Positions 8,673-18,664 of a stretch of DNA of 64,000 nucleotides are shown here, piece by piece (position 1 is the stretch's first letter; every line of letters begins with the position of its first letter). The translations under genes were made by a program, and so were the position numbers. Origin of the DNA: Trueperaceae bacterium (lineage in GTDB: Bacteria > Deinococcota > Deinococci > Deinococcales > Trueperaceae); assembly GCA_965215565.1 (NCBI GenBank), contig CBDCDZ010000004.1, forward strand, positions 1,952,001 through 2,016,000, written 5' to 3'. The notes beneath the pieces were generated by a model, which saw only the letters and a program-made list of their open reading frames with translations, was not told the origin of the DNA and did no database searches.

Positions 8673-10246
8673 CAGAGCCTGACCACGCTCAAACTCCGCA
8701 GTACGTTCGGCAAGCTCCGCAGCACATCCAAGACCTCTTCGGAGGGGGCTTGATCAAGCGTCAAAACGAACAGGGCTAAGCCGTCTTCGCCGACTCTCGA
8801 GAGTTGCATCCCCGAAATATTCACGCCCGCGTCGCCTAAAACCGTACCGACTTTACCCACTGCGCCGGGGCGGTCATAGTTGGTGCAAATCAGCATCGTT
8901 CCTTCGGGGCGCAGTTCGATGGGGAAGCCGTCAACTGAGACGATGCGCGGGTCCGTGCCCAAAACCGTGCCGCCGACGCTGACGCTGTGACCATTTGAGG
9001 TCGCCGTGACCATCACGTGACTCAGGTAGCCGCGGCTGCGCGAGGCGGTCACTTTGGAGACGCGAATGTCGCGCTCTTTGGCAATCGCGGAGGCGTTGAT
9101 ATAGTTGGGCGGCTCGTCCAAAATGGGTTCTAAATACCCTTTCGTCGCCGCCACCGCAATCGGATCGGGGTCTATTGGAAAGGTTCCCGAGAACTCGATT
9201 TGCAGCTCGCGCACGCGCCCTTTGGCGAGTTGGGCGATCATCTTACCCAAAGCCTCGCCAACTTTGAGGTGCGGTCCTAGTGCAGCGACGACTTCGGGCG
9301 CTAAGGCAGGTGCGTTGACGACGCCTCTCGAGAGGTCGCCCTGGAGCGCCAACGCCGTGCGCTCCAAAATCTCCGCGCCGACTCGAGCTTGCGCCTCTTG
9401 CGTGTTCGCGCCTAGGTGCGCCGTTAAAACAACATCGTCACGCTGCAAAAGGGGATGGTCAACCGAAGGGGGCTCTAAAACGTATACGTCCAAGCCTGCG
9501 CCGAAGAGCTTGCCGCTCTCGAGCGCTTCTAAGAGCGCCTCTTCTTGAATGATACCGCCCCGCGCCGCGTTCACCACAATCGCTTTGTCGGGCAAGCAAG
9601 CGAGTTCCGCCGCGCCGATCATTCCCGTCGTCTCGTCGGTAAGAGGCGTGTGGACTGTTAAAAAAACCGACTGAGAGAGCATCTCTTGCAGGTTGTCAAA
9701 GAGTTTTATCTTTAGGTCGTCGGCGCGGTGGCGCGAGATGTAGGGGTCGTACGCCATCACGCTCATGCCTAAGCCTTGCGCCCGCCGCGCCACGAGCGAG
9801 CCGATACGCCCGAGCCCCACAATACCGAGCCGCGCCCCTTTGACCTCTCGCCCTAAGAACTTCCGGTCCCAGGTGCCGCTGCGAATGAGTTTGTCCGAGC
9901 GGCTCACCCCTCGTGCGGCGCTAAGCATCAAGGCAATCGCGAGTTCTGCCGCTGAGACGTTGTTCGCTTCGGGCGCGTTGAGGACCAAAAGACCTCTTCG
10001 GCTGGCAGCGTCTAAATCGATGTTATCTACCCCAACGCCGCCCCGCCCGATCACTTTGAGGTTTTTCGCCGCCTTGATAAGCGCCTCGTCCACCTGCGTG
10101 CGGCTGCGCGTGATGATGCCGTCGTAGTCGTGAACGATATCTAAGAGGCCTTCGCGGGAGATGCCCGCTTGGTAGTCCACCTCGATGTCTGGATACGTTT
10201 TATCGCCTAGTTGAATGGTGTCCGTTACGAGTACTCTATACGCCAT
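8672..10246 (-). CDS. serA: D-3-phosphoglycerate dehydrogenase (ASB + ACT domains)
   Basis: RGGVGVDNID, GLGRIG, NAARGG, HLGANT, ACT domain NYDRPGAVGKVG; start MAYRVLVTD. Confidence 0.96.
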   Translation of the reverse strand: MAYRVLVTDTIQLGDKTYPDIEVDYQAGISREGLLDIVHDYDGIITRSRTQVDEALIKAAKNLKVIGRGGVGVDNIDLDAASRRGLLVLNAPEANNVSAAELAIALMLSAARGVSRSDKLIRSGTWDRKFLGREVKGARLGIVGLGRIGSLVARRAQGLGMSVMAYDPYISRHRADDLKIKLFDNLQEMLSQSVFLTVHTPLTDETTGMIGAAELACLPDKAIVVNAARGGIIQEEALLEALESGKLFGAGLDVYVLEPPSVDHPLLQRDDVVLTAHLGANTQEAQARVGAEILERTALALQGDLSRGVVNAPALAPEVVAALGPHLKVGEALGKMIAQLAKGRVRELQIEFSGTFPIDPDPIAVAATKGYLEPILDEPPNYINASAIAKERDIRVSKVTASRSRGYLSHVMVTATSNGHSVSVGGTVLGTDPRIVSVDGFPIELRPEGTMLICTNYDRPGAVGKVGTVLGDAGVNISGMQLSRVGEDGLALFVLTLDQAPSEEVLDVLRSLPNVLRSLSVVRL

Positions 10247-10376
10247 ATGCAGCCAGGATACCGCAACAGCGCGGTAAAATCTCTCACTTTGCAACGGAAG
10301 AAAGAGGTGAAAGAGAAAAGGACTGAGAGAAAAGTAAAAACCTCTTTCTACTCAGCCCTTTTCTCTTTTCTCTGGT

Positions 10377-10853
10377 TTATCGTCTCCGTCCCAAATCAGT
10401 AAAGCTAGGCAACCTCGGCGACGGCAGCGCATATGCCCAGAGCGCCGCGCCGAAAAAGAGCGTGCCCCAGGCGAACGCGACGGACGCTAGCGTTGTGCTG
10501 AGAGCGAAGGGGAGCGTGGAGGACCAAACGAGCAAGATGATCCCGTAAAGTGCAGCGAGTATAGCGGGCACGGCGGCGACGCGCACACGCTGAGGTCGGT
10601 AAAAGCGCGGTGCGGTGCGGAGAAGCAGAGTGGCGACGCCGACGCTTAAAAGCGCAATGAGGACGACGCCGACGTTGAAACCATCTATCAAAATAACGCG
10701 GCGCAAGACGTAGATGAGGTGAACCGCCCAGGGAAGCAAGCTCGCGAGCAGCACTTCGGGGATGCGCTGCAACCCTAGCGCGCGGCGGGCGATGAGACCG
10801 GCGATGAAACCGAATAAAAGGGCGAAGATGCCGAAGCGGAAGAGGAGCCTCAT
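10377..10853 (-). CDS. Hypothetical membrane protein
   Basis: Hydrophobic 158-aa ORF overlapping the recG stop (TAATG). Confidence 0.7.
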   Translation of the reverse strand: MRLLFRFGIFALLFGFIAGLIARRALGLQRIPEVLLASLLPWAVHLIYVLRRVILIDGFNVGVVLIALLSVGVATLLLRTAPRFYRPQRVRVAAVPAILAALYGIILLVWSSTLPFALSTTLASVAFAWGTLFFGAALWAYALPSPRLPSFTDLGRRR

Positions 10854-13219
10854 TAAATCACCTCTCTAAAACCAACCGTCTCGATGCGCCGCCGCAGCTC
10901 ATCACGCAGCCGCCGCGCCCAGGGAGCCTCCAACTTGGGGTCAGCCTCGAGCATCTTCTTGGCTAACTCCCTTGACTTCTCGATGATGTCCCCGTCCTGC
11001 GCCAAATCTCCTAAAACAAGGTCAGGCATCCCCGACTGCCGCGTCCCGCGAATCTCACCGGGGCCGCGCAGCTCCAAATCCTTCTCCGCGATCACGAACC
11101 CGTCCGCGTGTTTCTCAATCACGCCTAAGCGGTGCTGCGTCTTTTTGGAGCGGTCCCCGGCGACGAGTACGCAGAAGCTTTCAAACTCACCGCGCCCAAC
11201 GCGCCCGCGAAGCTGGTGAAGCTGTGAAAGCCCAAAGCGCTCGGCGTTTTCAACGATCATTAAGCTCGCATTGGGAATATCTACACCGACTTCAATCACC
11301 GTGGTCGAGACCAAGAGGTCGAACTCGCGGCGGCGAAAACGTTCCATGATCTCGTCCTTTTCGGTGCCCGTCATCTTGCCGTGGAGCATTTCGGTGCGGC
11401 AGGCTTGCGGCATAATCTGTTGCAAGTCTTCAAACATCTGCGTGGTCGAGACGATGTTGTCTAGGGCTTCACTCTCTTCGATTAAAGGTGTGACGAGATA
11501 AACCTGCCGCCCCTTTTGAATCTCGCCCCAGGCGAAGCGGTAGACCTCTCTGCGTTTGGAATCGTTCACTAAGCGCGTCTTGACCCCTTTGCGCCCCGGC
11601 GGGAGTTCGTCGATGATGGAGAGTTCCAAGTCGCCGTAGTAGGTTAAAGCCAAACTACGAGGGATTGGAGTGGCACTCATCACCAGCACGTCGGGGAGGT
11701 TGCCTAGGAGTTTGCGCCGCTGCTCCACGCCGAAGCGGTGCTCCTCGTCAATCACCGCTAAGCCGAGATTGCGAAAGTCCACGCCCTCTTGGATGAGCGC
11801 GTGCGTCCCTACGGCTAAGTCGGTCTGTGAAGAACGCAGCCTATCTCGCGCCGCGTTACGTTCTCGCAAACTCGCTGAGCCGATGAAGAGGTCGCTCTCG
11901 ACGCCCAGCGGGTAGAGGTACTGAATCAGGTTGAGGTAGTGCTGCCGCGCTAAGATTTCGGTGGGAGCCATGAGCGCGGCTTGATACCCGTTTTGAATTG
12001 CCACGTAAATCGCCGCCGCCGCCACTGCCGTTTTCCCCGAGCCCACATCGCCCTGGAGGAGCCGCGCCATCTGTTTAGGGTTTTTCATGTCGGCGCTGAT
12101 TTCGTCCAGCACGCGCTTCTGGGCTTTAGTGAATTTGAAAGGCAGGCTGTCCTCAAAGGTCTGCAAATCGTTCTTGCGGACCTTGAACTTTTTACCCAAA
12201 AGGGTTGTGTCGCGGTTTAGGAGGACACGCAGCTCGAGAAACAAAAACTCGTCGAATTTCAAACGTCTGAGCGCAGCTTGAAGAGGTTTCTCGCCGGTGG
12301 GAAGGTGGATTTCGCGCAGTGCAGTGTCTAAAGGAATGAGGTTGTAACGCTCTAGCACGCTCTTCGGCAAATGGTCAGGGATAACGGTCAATGCGTCTAG
12401 TAAACGGTGCGCCGCGCGGCGCAGATATGCTTGTGACAGCCCCTGCGCCGTGCCGTAAAGCCCGACGATGCGCCCCGTCGAGAGGCTCTCGCCCTCGTCG
12501 TCAATCTCATGATGCGCCGCTGCTAAGTCGATATAGCGCCCTTTTTTCTTGACCTTACCTGTGACGATAATCTTTTGACCGGGGAAGAGTTGCTTTTCTA
12601 ACCAAGGTTGATTGAACCAAACCACCGTGAGCTTCGCGCCGAGCGAATCCTCCAGAAACGCCCGCACCACCGTCATCCCGCGCTTGCTCTTCGTCGCCTT
12701 GCGCCCGGTGATGATGCCCGAGACGGTAGCGGATTCGTCGTCTTGCAAGGCGGAGAAGGTCGGCAAGACGCGGCGGTCTTCGTAGCGTTTGGGGTAGTGG
12801 TACAAGAGGTCGCGGTAGGTTTTGAGACCGACAGGGGCGAGCTTTTTGGGCGCTTGTGCGCCGAAGTCTACGAGTTTATCCGCGATGTCTTTATCTAAGT
12901 CGTCGCTGCTTAGGGAGTCGCTCGAGTCTCTAGCCACCTCTTTAAGAGGTGGCGGATAAGGGTCGGGCGCTGGACTTTGCTGCTGCGGTTGTGCGCCTAC
13001 CTCCAACATCCCCAAGGCCTGCTCCAACCTCTCCGAGCGCTCCTCCGGTGTGAGGCTGCCGTAGCCGTTCATCACGCTGCGCACGTCGGCAAAGGGTGCA
13101 CCCACCGTCGCGACGAGCTTTTCTAAGCCGCCCACCACCACCGAATCTTGACAGCCATTTCTAAGCTCTCGCTCCAAAGGGCGTCTAAGTCTGCTGCGCA
13201 ATTCCTCAACCGTTGCCAC
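10853..13219 (-). CDS. recG: ATP-dependent DNA helicase RecG
   Basis: QGDVGSGKT, DEEHRFG, MSATPIPR, QLRGRVGRG and wedge domain. Confidence 0.97.
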   Translation of the reverse strand: MATVEELRSRLRRPLERELRNGCQDSVVVGGLEKLVATVGAPFADVRSVMNGYGSLTPEERSERLEQALGMLEVGAQPQQQSPAPDPYPPPLKEVARDSSDSLSSDDLDKDIADKLVDFGAQAPKKLAPVGLKTYRDLLYHYPKRYEDRRVLPTFSALQDDESATVSGIITGRKATKSKRGMTVVRAFLEDSLGAKLTVVWFNQPWLEKQLFPGQKIIVTGKVKKKGRYIDLAAAHHEIDDEGESLSTGRIVGLYGTAQGLSQAYLRRAAHRLLDALTVIPDHLPKSVLERYNLIPLDTALREIHLPTGEKPLQAALRRLKFDEFLFLELRVLLNRDTTLLGKKFKVRKNDLQTFEDSLPFKFTKAQKRVLDEISADMKNPKQMARLLQGDVGSGKTAVAAAAIYVAIQNGYQAALMAPTEILARQHYLNLIQYLYPLGVESDLFIGSASLRERNAARDRLRSSQTDLAVGTHALIQEGVDFRNLGLAVIDEEHRFGVEQRRKLLGNLPDVLVMSATPIPRSLALTYYGDLELSIIDELPPGRKGVKTRLVNDSKRREVYRFAWGEIQKGRQVYLVTPLIEESEALDNIVSTTQMFEDLQQIMPQACRTEMLHGKMTGTEKDEIMERFRRREFDLLVSTTVIEVGVDIPNASLMIVENAERFGLSQLHQLRGRVGRGEFESFCVLVAGDRSKKTQHRLGVIEKHADGFVIAEKDLELRGPGEIRGTRQSGMPDLVLGDLAQDGDIIEKSRELAKKMLEADPKLEAPWARRLRDELRRRIETVGFREVI

Positions 13220-13279
13220 GTGTTTTATTGTACCTGCTGTGGTGGATGTTCCAACGTTTTTGGGTAAGCCGTTAGCGTT

Positions 13280-13650
13280 TCATTTGAGCCAGTAGTAAAG
13301 AGGTGAGTCTTCCGCTGCTGATTCAAAATAATCTCTTCCTGTACGGGGTTCTTTCGTTGTCGGTTCGCATTCCTCTACCATTATTAAGGACGCCATAGTG
13401 GGTCACGCTTGAAGGTCAAGTTTTTGAAGCCAACGGTTGTCTCTTTAACCTTCGGTGGTATCGCGTCAACCCATTTCTTCTGATATTCGCATAGGCTCCC
13501 TCGATTTGCTCCGCCTCGCATAGCTGGAAATCTCAACTGTACATGGTCATCTTCCCAACCACAGACACAGCAAATGTCGTAACTACCAGGCGGTTCGTCG
13601 AAAGTTAAAAAGCCGCAAACTGGACACGTGAATGATTCGCTGTTGTCCAT
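13280..13650 (-). pseudogene. Cysteine-rich CPCC domain protein, frameshifted near 13386
   Basis: CPVCGF...DICCVCGWEDD...GGAN..SL. After WRP* the -1 frame continues LIMVEECEPTTKEPRTGRDYFESAAEDSPLYYWLK* to 13280. Confidence 0.7.
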
Positions 13651-13687
13651 AGCTTCTAAATTTTAACCGTTTATACTCGAGAAAGAA

Positions 13688-13897
13688 ATGAGCTATAAGG
13701 TTAAAAATTTCCGTGACATGGAGCGAACGCTCATCACCTCTTCCGACGAGTTACCCGACTTTAGCAAGATGACCGCTGAAGAGGAGGCTGAGTTTTGGGA
13801 GACCCATGACTTTGCTGAGGGTGTTCTTGAAGAGGGACCAGAGATAGATGCTGAGGTCTACGACGCGCTCGGTATTGAAAATTCTAAAAAGCACTAG
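13688..13897 (+). CDS. CopG/BrnA-type antitoxin-like small protein (orphan)
   Basis: LPDF..MTAEEEAEFWETHD motif; no adjacent toxin. Confidence 0.65.
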   Translation: MSYKVKNFRDMERTLITSSDELPDFSKMTAEEEAEFWETHDFAEGVLEEGPEIDAEVYDALGIENSKKH

Positions 13898-13903
13898 CTT
13901 GAT

Positions 13904-14323
13904 TCAACCTCTTTGCGCCATTGGATGTCCAGGAACAAACTCGAGCAAGTCCCACAAGTTCCCGTATAAGTCCTTAAATACTGCAACCATGCCGTACTCC
14001 GCCTCTTCGGGTTCTCTCACGAACTCAACCCCTCTCGAGACCATCTCGTTATAGTCGCGCCAAAAGTCGTCGGTGCTGAGAAATAAGAAAACCCTGCCGC
14101 CGGACTGGTTGCCGATGAAGGGTTCTTGTTCGCGTTTTGAGGCTCGAGCTAAAAGAAGCGTGGTGCCACCCCCGCCCGGCGGAGCTACCACAACCCAGCG
14201 TTTATCTTGTTCGGGCTGGTAGGAGTCCTCGAGGAGTGTGAAATGAAGTGTCTCGGTATAAAAAGCGATAGCCTCGTCGTACTCTCGGACGACTAAGGCT
14301 ATGTGCGCGATGGACTGTTTCAT
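13904..14323 (-). CDS. VOC/glyoxalase family protein
   Basis: MKQSIAHIALVVREYDEAIAFY...YGMVAVFKDLYGNLWDL. Confidence 0.9.
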   Translation of the reverse strand: MKQSIAHIALVVREYDEAIAFYTETLHFTLLEDSYQPEQDKRWVVVAPPGGGGTTLLLARASKREQEPFIGNQSGGRVFLFLSTDDFWRDYNEMVSRGVEFVREPEEAEYGMVAVFKDLYGNLWDLLEFVPGHPMAQRG

Positions 14324-14373
14324 ACGGGCCTCCGCTTGACAGCGTAAGGCTAGAGCCCTGACCCTTTCAACTC

Positions 14374-14670
14374 CTACAGCGAACTGTACGCGGGCACGTA
14401 CTCCCACAGCACGGGCTCAGGGGCGAAGAAGGGATCGAAGACGAGGTGAAGCTCGTCTAAGGCGGTGCTCGTGATGTTGGGGCTAAAAACGGCCCAGCCG
14501 AGCCCTTCGCGCGCTTTAGCGTTGCCCTTTTCGAAGCCGTAGTCGAGCAGGTCGCCGTGGCGGGCGTGCCAGACGGCTAAGGCTTTGAGCAAGAAGAGGT
14601 GCGCGCCCTCTTTGACCTTGACCGAGACCATCACGTGTTCGTCTAAGTAGCTAGGTGGTGAAATGTTCAT
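14374..14670 (-). CDS. Hypothetical protein
   Basis: About 98-aa ORF with typical codon usage; TAAAGT 7 nt before ATG 14670. Confidence 0.55.
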   Translation of the reverse strand: MNISPPSYLDEHVMVSVKVKEGAHLFLLKALAVWHARHGDLLDYGFEKGNAKAREGLGWAVFSPNITSTALDELHLVFDPFFAPEPVLWEYVPAYSSL

Positions 14671-14949
14671 GTTCATCACTTTAGGAGATGGAGTCTTACA
14701 GTTTTCTGACCGTCGCACCTCGGCGCGTGTTTCGAGGGCACACCGACAGCCTAGAGTCAGCGCGGCGCGGCGCGTGTAAAAAACGTCAATCTTCGCCTGT
14801 GAGGACGCTCACACCTCGTGTGCAAGTGAGATAGTTCCTCAGGCAGCGGTGCTATACTCAGCGAACGGGGCGGTAAGACGTGCGGTTGAGGCGTGAAGTT
14901 GAGATGTGCAGTTGAGACGCCAAGATATCAATTCAGTTTATTCGAGTAG

Positions 14950-16125
14950 GTGCGCATGACCCAGATACGTGACTTTTTCTCCTGGCTCTTCACTGAGCTG
15001 CGCGACTCCCTAGTAGAGACGTTCGGACTCTTTGACCCAGAGGCCACGACGACGAGGGACGTGCTCGCCGACGCACTCAACCAACTGCTCGTCTCCGCGC
15101 TCCTCGTTCTACTTTTCGTAGGCGCGTATATCGCGCTCCGTTCGGGGCTGCGCTTCGTCTTAAAGCGCACCAATTTGAGCAGCAGCATCACGGGACCGGT
15201 CACGGTGGCGCTACGCTACATGATGATCGTGCTCGGAGGTTTAGCGGTGATGTCGCAACTCGGCGTGCCCAACCAGTTTTCCGCGAACGCGGCGCGCGCC
15301 GCCGTAGTCGCGTTCCTCTTCTATTTGGGTTGGATCATCTCGCAGAAACTGCTCAGCAACGTGACGGGGCGCTACAGCCTCGATCAGTCGATCTTGCAGC
15401 TTCTGCGCAACGTCGTCTCGGTGGTGCTCGTCGCGTTCGGCGTCGCCGCAGTCCTCTCGCAGTTCGATGTGGACATCGTGGCGGCGGTGGGGGCTCTGGG
15501 CATTGCGGGCATCGCGGTGGGCTTCGCAGCGCAAGACACGCTATCGAATTTCATTTCAGGCGTGACGCTTCTGGTCGAGCGTCCCTTTCGCATCGGCGAT
15601 TGGGTCGAAATTAACGGGCAAGTTGGCAAGGTCAAAGAGATTACTTTGCGCAACACGCTGCTCGTCACCCGCGATAACATCGTTACGCACATTCCCAACG
15701 CGAGCGTCGGTTCGTCAGACATTATCAACTTTAGCGCGGGCGGGCCCTTACGCATCAACCTCCCTATCGGCATCGCATATAAGGAGTCCACCAAGCACGC
15801 CCGCAAGGTCATCATGCCGATTCTTCAGGCGGACGAGCGCGTGATGCGTCTGCCCGCGCCGAGCGTCCGGCTCGTCGAACTCGGCGACTCGTCTGTGAAC
15901 CTCATGATGGTCTACTGGATCGAGCCGAGTAACATCGCCATCGAGCCAAAGATCAGCGCGGATATCTTGGAGGCGAGCAAAGAGGCGCTAGACGAAGCGG
16001 GCATCGAAATTCCCTTCCCGCACCTGCAACTCTTTGTGGACGGCGCGGATGGGCTCAAGCCGGTGATGGAGCCGCTTTACTCGGCGAACCAGCCGTTACA
16101 AAGTCAGCCTAAGCAGCCACGCTGA
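14950..16125 (+). CDS. mscS: Small-conductance mechanosensitive channel (MscS family)
   Basis: GIAVGFAAQDTLSNFISG, RPFRIGDWV, GIEIPFP. Confidence 0.9.
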   Translation: MRMTQIRDFFSWLFTELRDSLVETFGLFDPEATTTRDVLADALNQLLVSALLVLLFVGAYIALRSGLRFVLKRTNLSSSITGPVTVALRYMMIVLGGLAVMSQLGVPNQFSANAARAAVVAFLFYLGWIISQKLLSNVTGRYSLDQSILQLLRNVVSVVLVAFGVAAVLSQFDVDIVAAVGALGIAGIAVGFAAQDTLSNFISGVTLLVERPFRIGDWVEINGQVGKVKEITLRNTLLVTRDNIVTHIPNASVGSSDIINFSAGGPLRINLPIGIAYKESTKHARKVIMPILQADERVMRLPAPSVRLVELGDSSVNLMMVYWIEPSNIAIEPKISADILEASKEALDEAGIEIPFPHLQLFVDGADGLKPVMEPLYSANQPLQSQPKQPR

Positions 16126-16258
16126 CTACTGACTTTGACATTACTAACTGATACATCGGTCAAGGAAACGGTCTACATACGATCTACATATGGTGCGCGC
16201 CCCTCTTAAAGTCACACGCCGACGTGCCTGAAGGGGCGGGGTTTGCTAGCATGAAGAG

Positions 16259-18655
16259 GTGAATTTTATCCTTTTTAATGCACCCTGGGCGCTGCTCGCG
16301 CTGCTCGCCTTGCCCCTCTTGCCGCGCAAGGAGGCGTGGGGGTGGCGCTACGGGGCGCTCGCCCTGCTCGTACTCGCGCTGGCGCAGCCCGCTATCCTGA
16401 GACCAAGCGAGCGCGTGGCGGTGCTCGTGGACGTGTCACAGAGCGTGGGGGAGCGCGGTGTAGAGGCGCTCAGGGCGTTCGACTTCGGGCGGCTCGAAGC
16501 TCCCCCCACGATTTTTACCTTCGCGGGCGACACCATGCGCACCGAGAACGCACCGAGCGCGCAAAACCTCGCCCAAAACCTCTCTGAGGGCGCGCAGACG
16601 GACCTCGCGCGCGCGCTCCAAGTCGCCGCCGCTTCGGGCGCGGGGCGCGCGCTGCTGATCAGCGACGGCGCGCAGTCGCGCGGCGACGCGCGGCTCGCCC
16701 TGCCCGGCTTTCCGGTTGACACGTACCGCACCGCCGAGCAGAGCAACGTGCGTTTAGTGAGCCTGCTCGCCCCCGAGCAGGTGAGCCCCGGCGAGACCGT
16801 CGAGGTCATCGCCGTCGTGGAAAGCGACCGCGCGGCGGAGGTGACGCTCCAGGCGCGCGTCAACGAGACCGCTCTGGACCCTCTTCGCGCCTCGGTGGAC
16901 GCGGGGCGCACGCCGCTACGCTTCTCGCTGCCCGTCGGCGAAGAGGGAAATTTAAGCGTAGACGCGCGCCTGGAGGTGGGCTTCGCTCAGCCCACTGCGG
17001 ACGATACGCAGCGCCTGAACATCGCCGTCGCCGAGGAGGAGCCCGTCTTGGTAATTGATGATCCCGCGACGGCGACGCTTTTGGAGACGCAGGGCTTCGC
17101 GGTGACGCGCGGCGAGCCGAGCGACGTCACGACGCCCCTCAACTACAGCGCCATCGTGCTGCGGGGGGGCGCGGAGCCCTTCACGCCGGGGCAACTCACC
17201 CTTTTAGAGCGCTTTGTGAGCGACGGCGGCGGGCTCATGATGACGGGCGGACCCGAGAGCTTCGGGCTCGGCGCGTGGTACCGCACGCCTGTCGAGGACG
17301 TGCTACCCGTCAACACCGACTTACGCACGAACGTCGAGCTGCCCCTCGTCGCGATGGTCATCGTCTTAGACCGCTCGCAGTCGATGAGCACGGGCAACCC
17401 GAGCAAGATTGACCTCGCCAAAGAGGGCGCGATCGGCGTCGTCGAACTCGCCTACGAGCAAGACCTCTTGGGGCTCATCACCTTTAGCGACGAGCCGGAG
17501 TGGGCGTTTCGGCTCCGCGAGGCGACGTCGCAGGGCAAGCGGGAGATGTTAGACGCGGTTTTGAGCATACCCACGCAGGGCGGCACCGTTTTAGAGCCCG
17601 CCTACCAAGATGCGCTCGCCTCGTTACGTGACAGCGACGCCGCCATTAAGCACGTAATCATCCTCTCGGACGGGCGGCTCAACGACGGGCGCGGTCCCTT
17701 TAGCAGCAGTCCGGGCTTAAACTTCACGACGTTGGCGCAGCAGGGCGCGGCGGACGGCATCACCACCTCGGCCATCGCCATCGGCGACGGCGCGGACTTC
17801 GCCCGCTTGGAGAGCATTGCCGAGGCGGGCGAGGGGCGCTACTACGCGGCGCTCGACGTGAGCACGCTGCCGCGCATTTTCACGAGCGAGGCGCTGACCG
17901 CCACCCGCTCGCTACTGCGCGAAGACCCGCTGCGCCCGACGCCCCGCGCCCATCCTCTAGCGCCAAATCTGAGTGCGCCACCGACTGTCGGCGCGTACGT
18001 CGCGAGTTCGCTCAAGCCGGACGGCGAACTTATCCTAGAGGGCGCGAACGGCGAGCCCATCTTGGCGGTGAGCCGCCAGGGACTCGGACGCAGCGCCGCG
18101 CTGACCACGGATCTCAACACCTTCGCAGGTGACTTTGCAAGTTGGAACGCGCTCCCCGGCGTGCTCGGCACCTTGACGCGCTGGTTGCAGGCGCGCCCGG
18201 CGGAGTACTCGGCGACGGTGACGCCAGAAGGGGGCGGGCTCGATGTGGTTGTGGACGCCGTCAAAGACGGCGAATACATCAACGACGAGCGGCTCTCGGT
18301 GCGCTATAACGGCGCGGAACAAATCCTGGAGCAAGTCGCGCCGGGACGCTACGAAGGGCGCTTGGACACGCCCGCCGAGGGCGGCACGCTGCTGGTCTCG
18401 AGCGGCGGCGAGGTCAAGGCTAGGGCCCAAGTCAGAGACCCTAAAGGCGAATTCAACATGAGCGGCGCGGAGAGCTTGTTGCGTGATTTGTCTGGGCGCA
18501 GCGGCGGCGAGGTCATCGAAGAGGCGGGCGTGTACGCCCCCGACATGCCGAGACAGCGCACCGCCATCTGGCACTGGCTGGCCGCGCTCGGCTTAGGGAT
18601 GTTCATGCTCGAGCTGCTCCTCCGCCGCTTCGGGCTGGCTACCGGAAGAGGTTAG
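16259..18655 (+). CDS. Membrane-anchored double vWA domain protein with GATase-like domain
   Basis: Two MIDAS motifs (DVSQS, DRSQSM), LISDG/ILSDG, GGGLMMTGGPESFG; N- and C-terminal TM segments. Confidence 0.85.
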   Translation: MNFILFNAPWALLALLALPLLPRKEAWGWRYGALALLVLALAQPAILRPSERVAVLVDVSQSVGERGVEALRAFDFGRLEAPPTIFTFAGDTMRTENAPSAQNLAQNLSEGAQTDLARALQVAAASGAGRALLISDGAQSRGDARLALPGFPVDTYRTAEQSNVRLVSLLAPEQVSPGETVEVIAVVESDRAAEVTLQARVNETALDPLRASVDAGRTPLRFSLPVGEEGNLSVDARLEVGFAQPTADDTQRLNIAVAEEEPVLVIDDPATATLLETQGFAVTRGEPSDVTTPLNYSAIVLRGGAEPFTPGQLTLLERFVSDGGGLMMTGGPESFGLGAWYRTPVEDVLPVNTDLRTNVELPLVAMVIVLDRSQSMSTGNPSKIDLAKEGAIGVVELAYEQDLLGLITFSDEPEWAFRLREATSQGKREMLDAVLSIPTQGGTVLEPAYQDALASLRDSDAAIKHVIILSDGRLNDGRGPFSSSPGLNFTTLAQQGAADGITTSAIAIGDGADFARLESIAEAGEGRYYAALDVSTLPRIFTSEALTATRSLLREDPLRPTPRAHPLAPNLSAPPTVGAYVASSLKPDGELILEGANGEPILAVSRQGLGRSAALTTDLNTFAGDFASWNALPGVLGTLTRWLQARPAEYSATVTPEGGGLDVVVDAVKDGEYINDERLSVRYNGAEQILEQVAPGRYEGRLDTPAEGGTLLVSSGGEVKARAQVRDPKGEFNMSGAESLLRDLSGRSGGEVIEEAGVYAPDMPRQRTAIWHWLAALGLGMFMLELLLRRFGLATGRG

Positions 18656-18664
18656 CGGATAATA

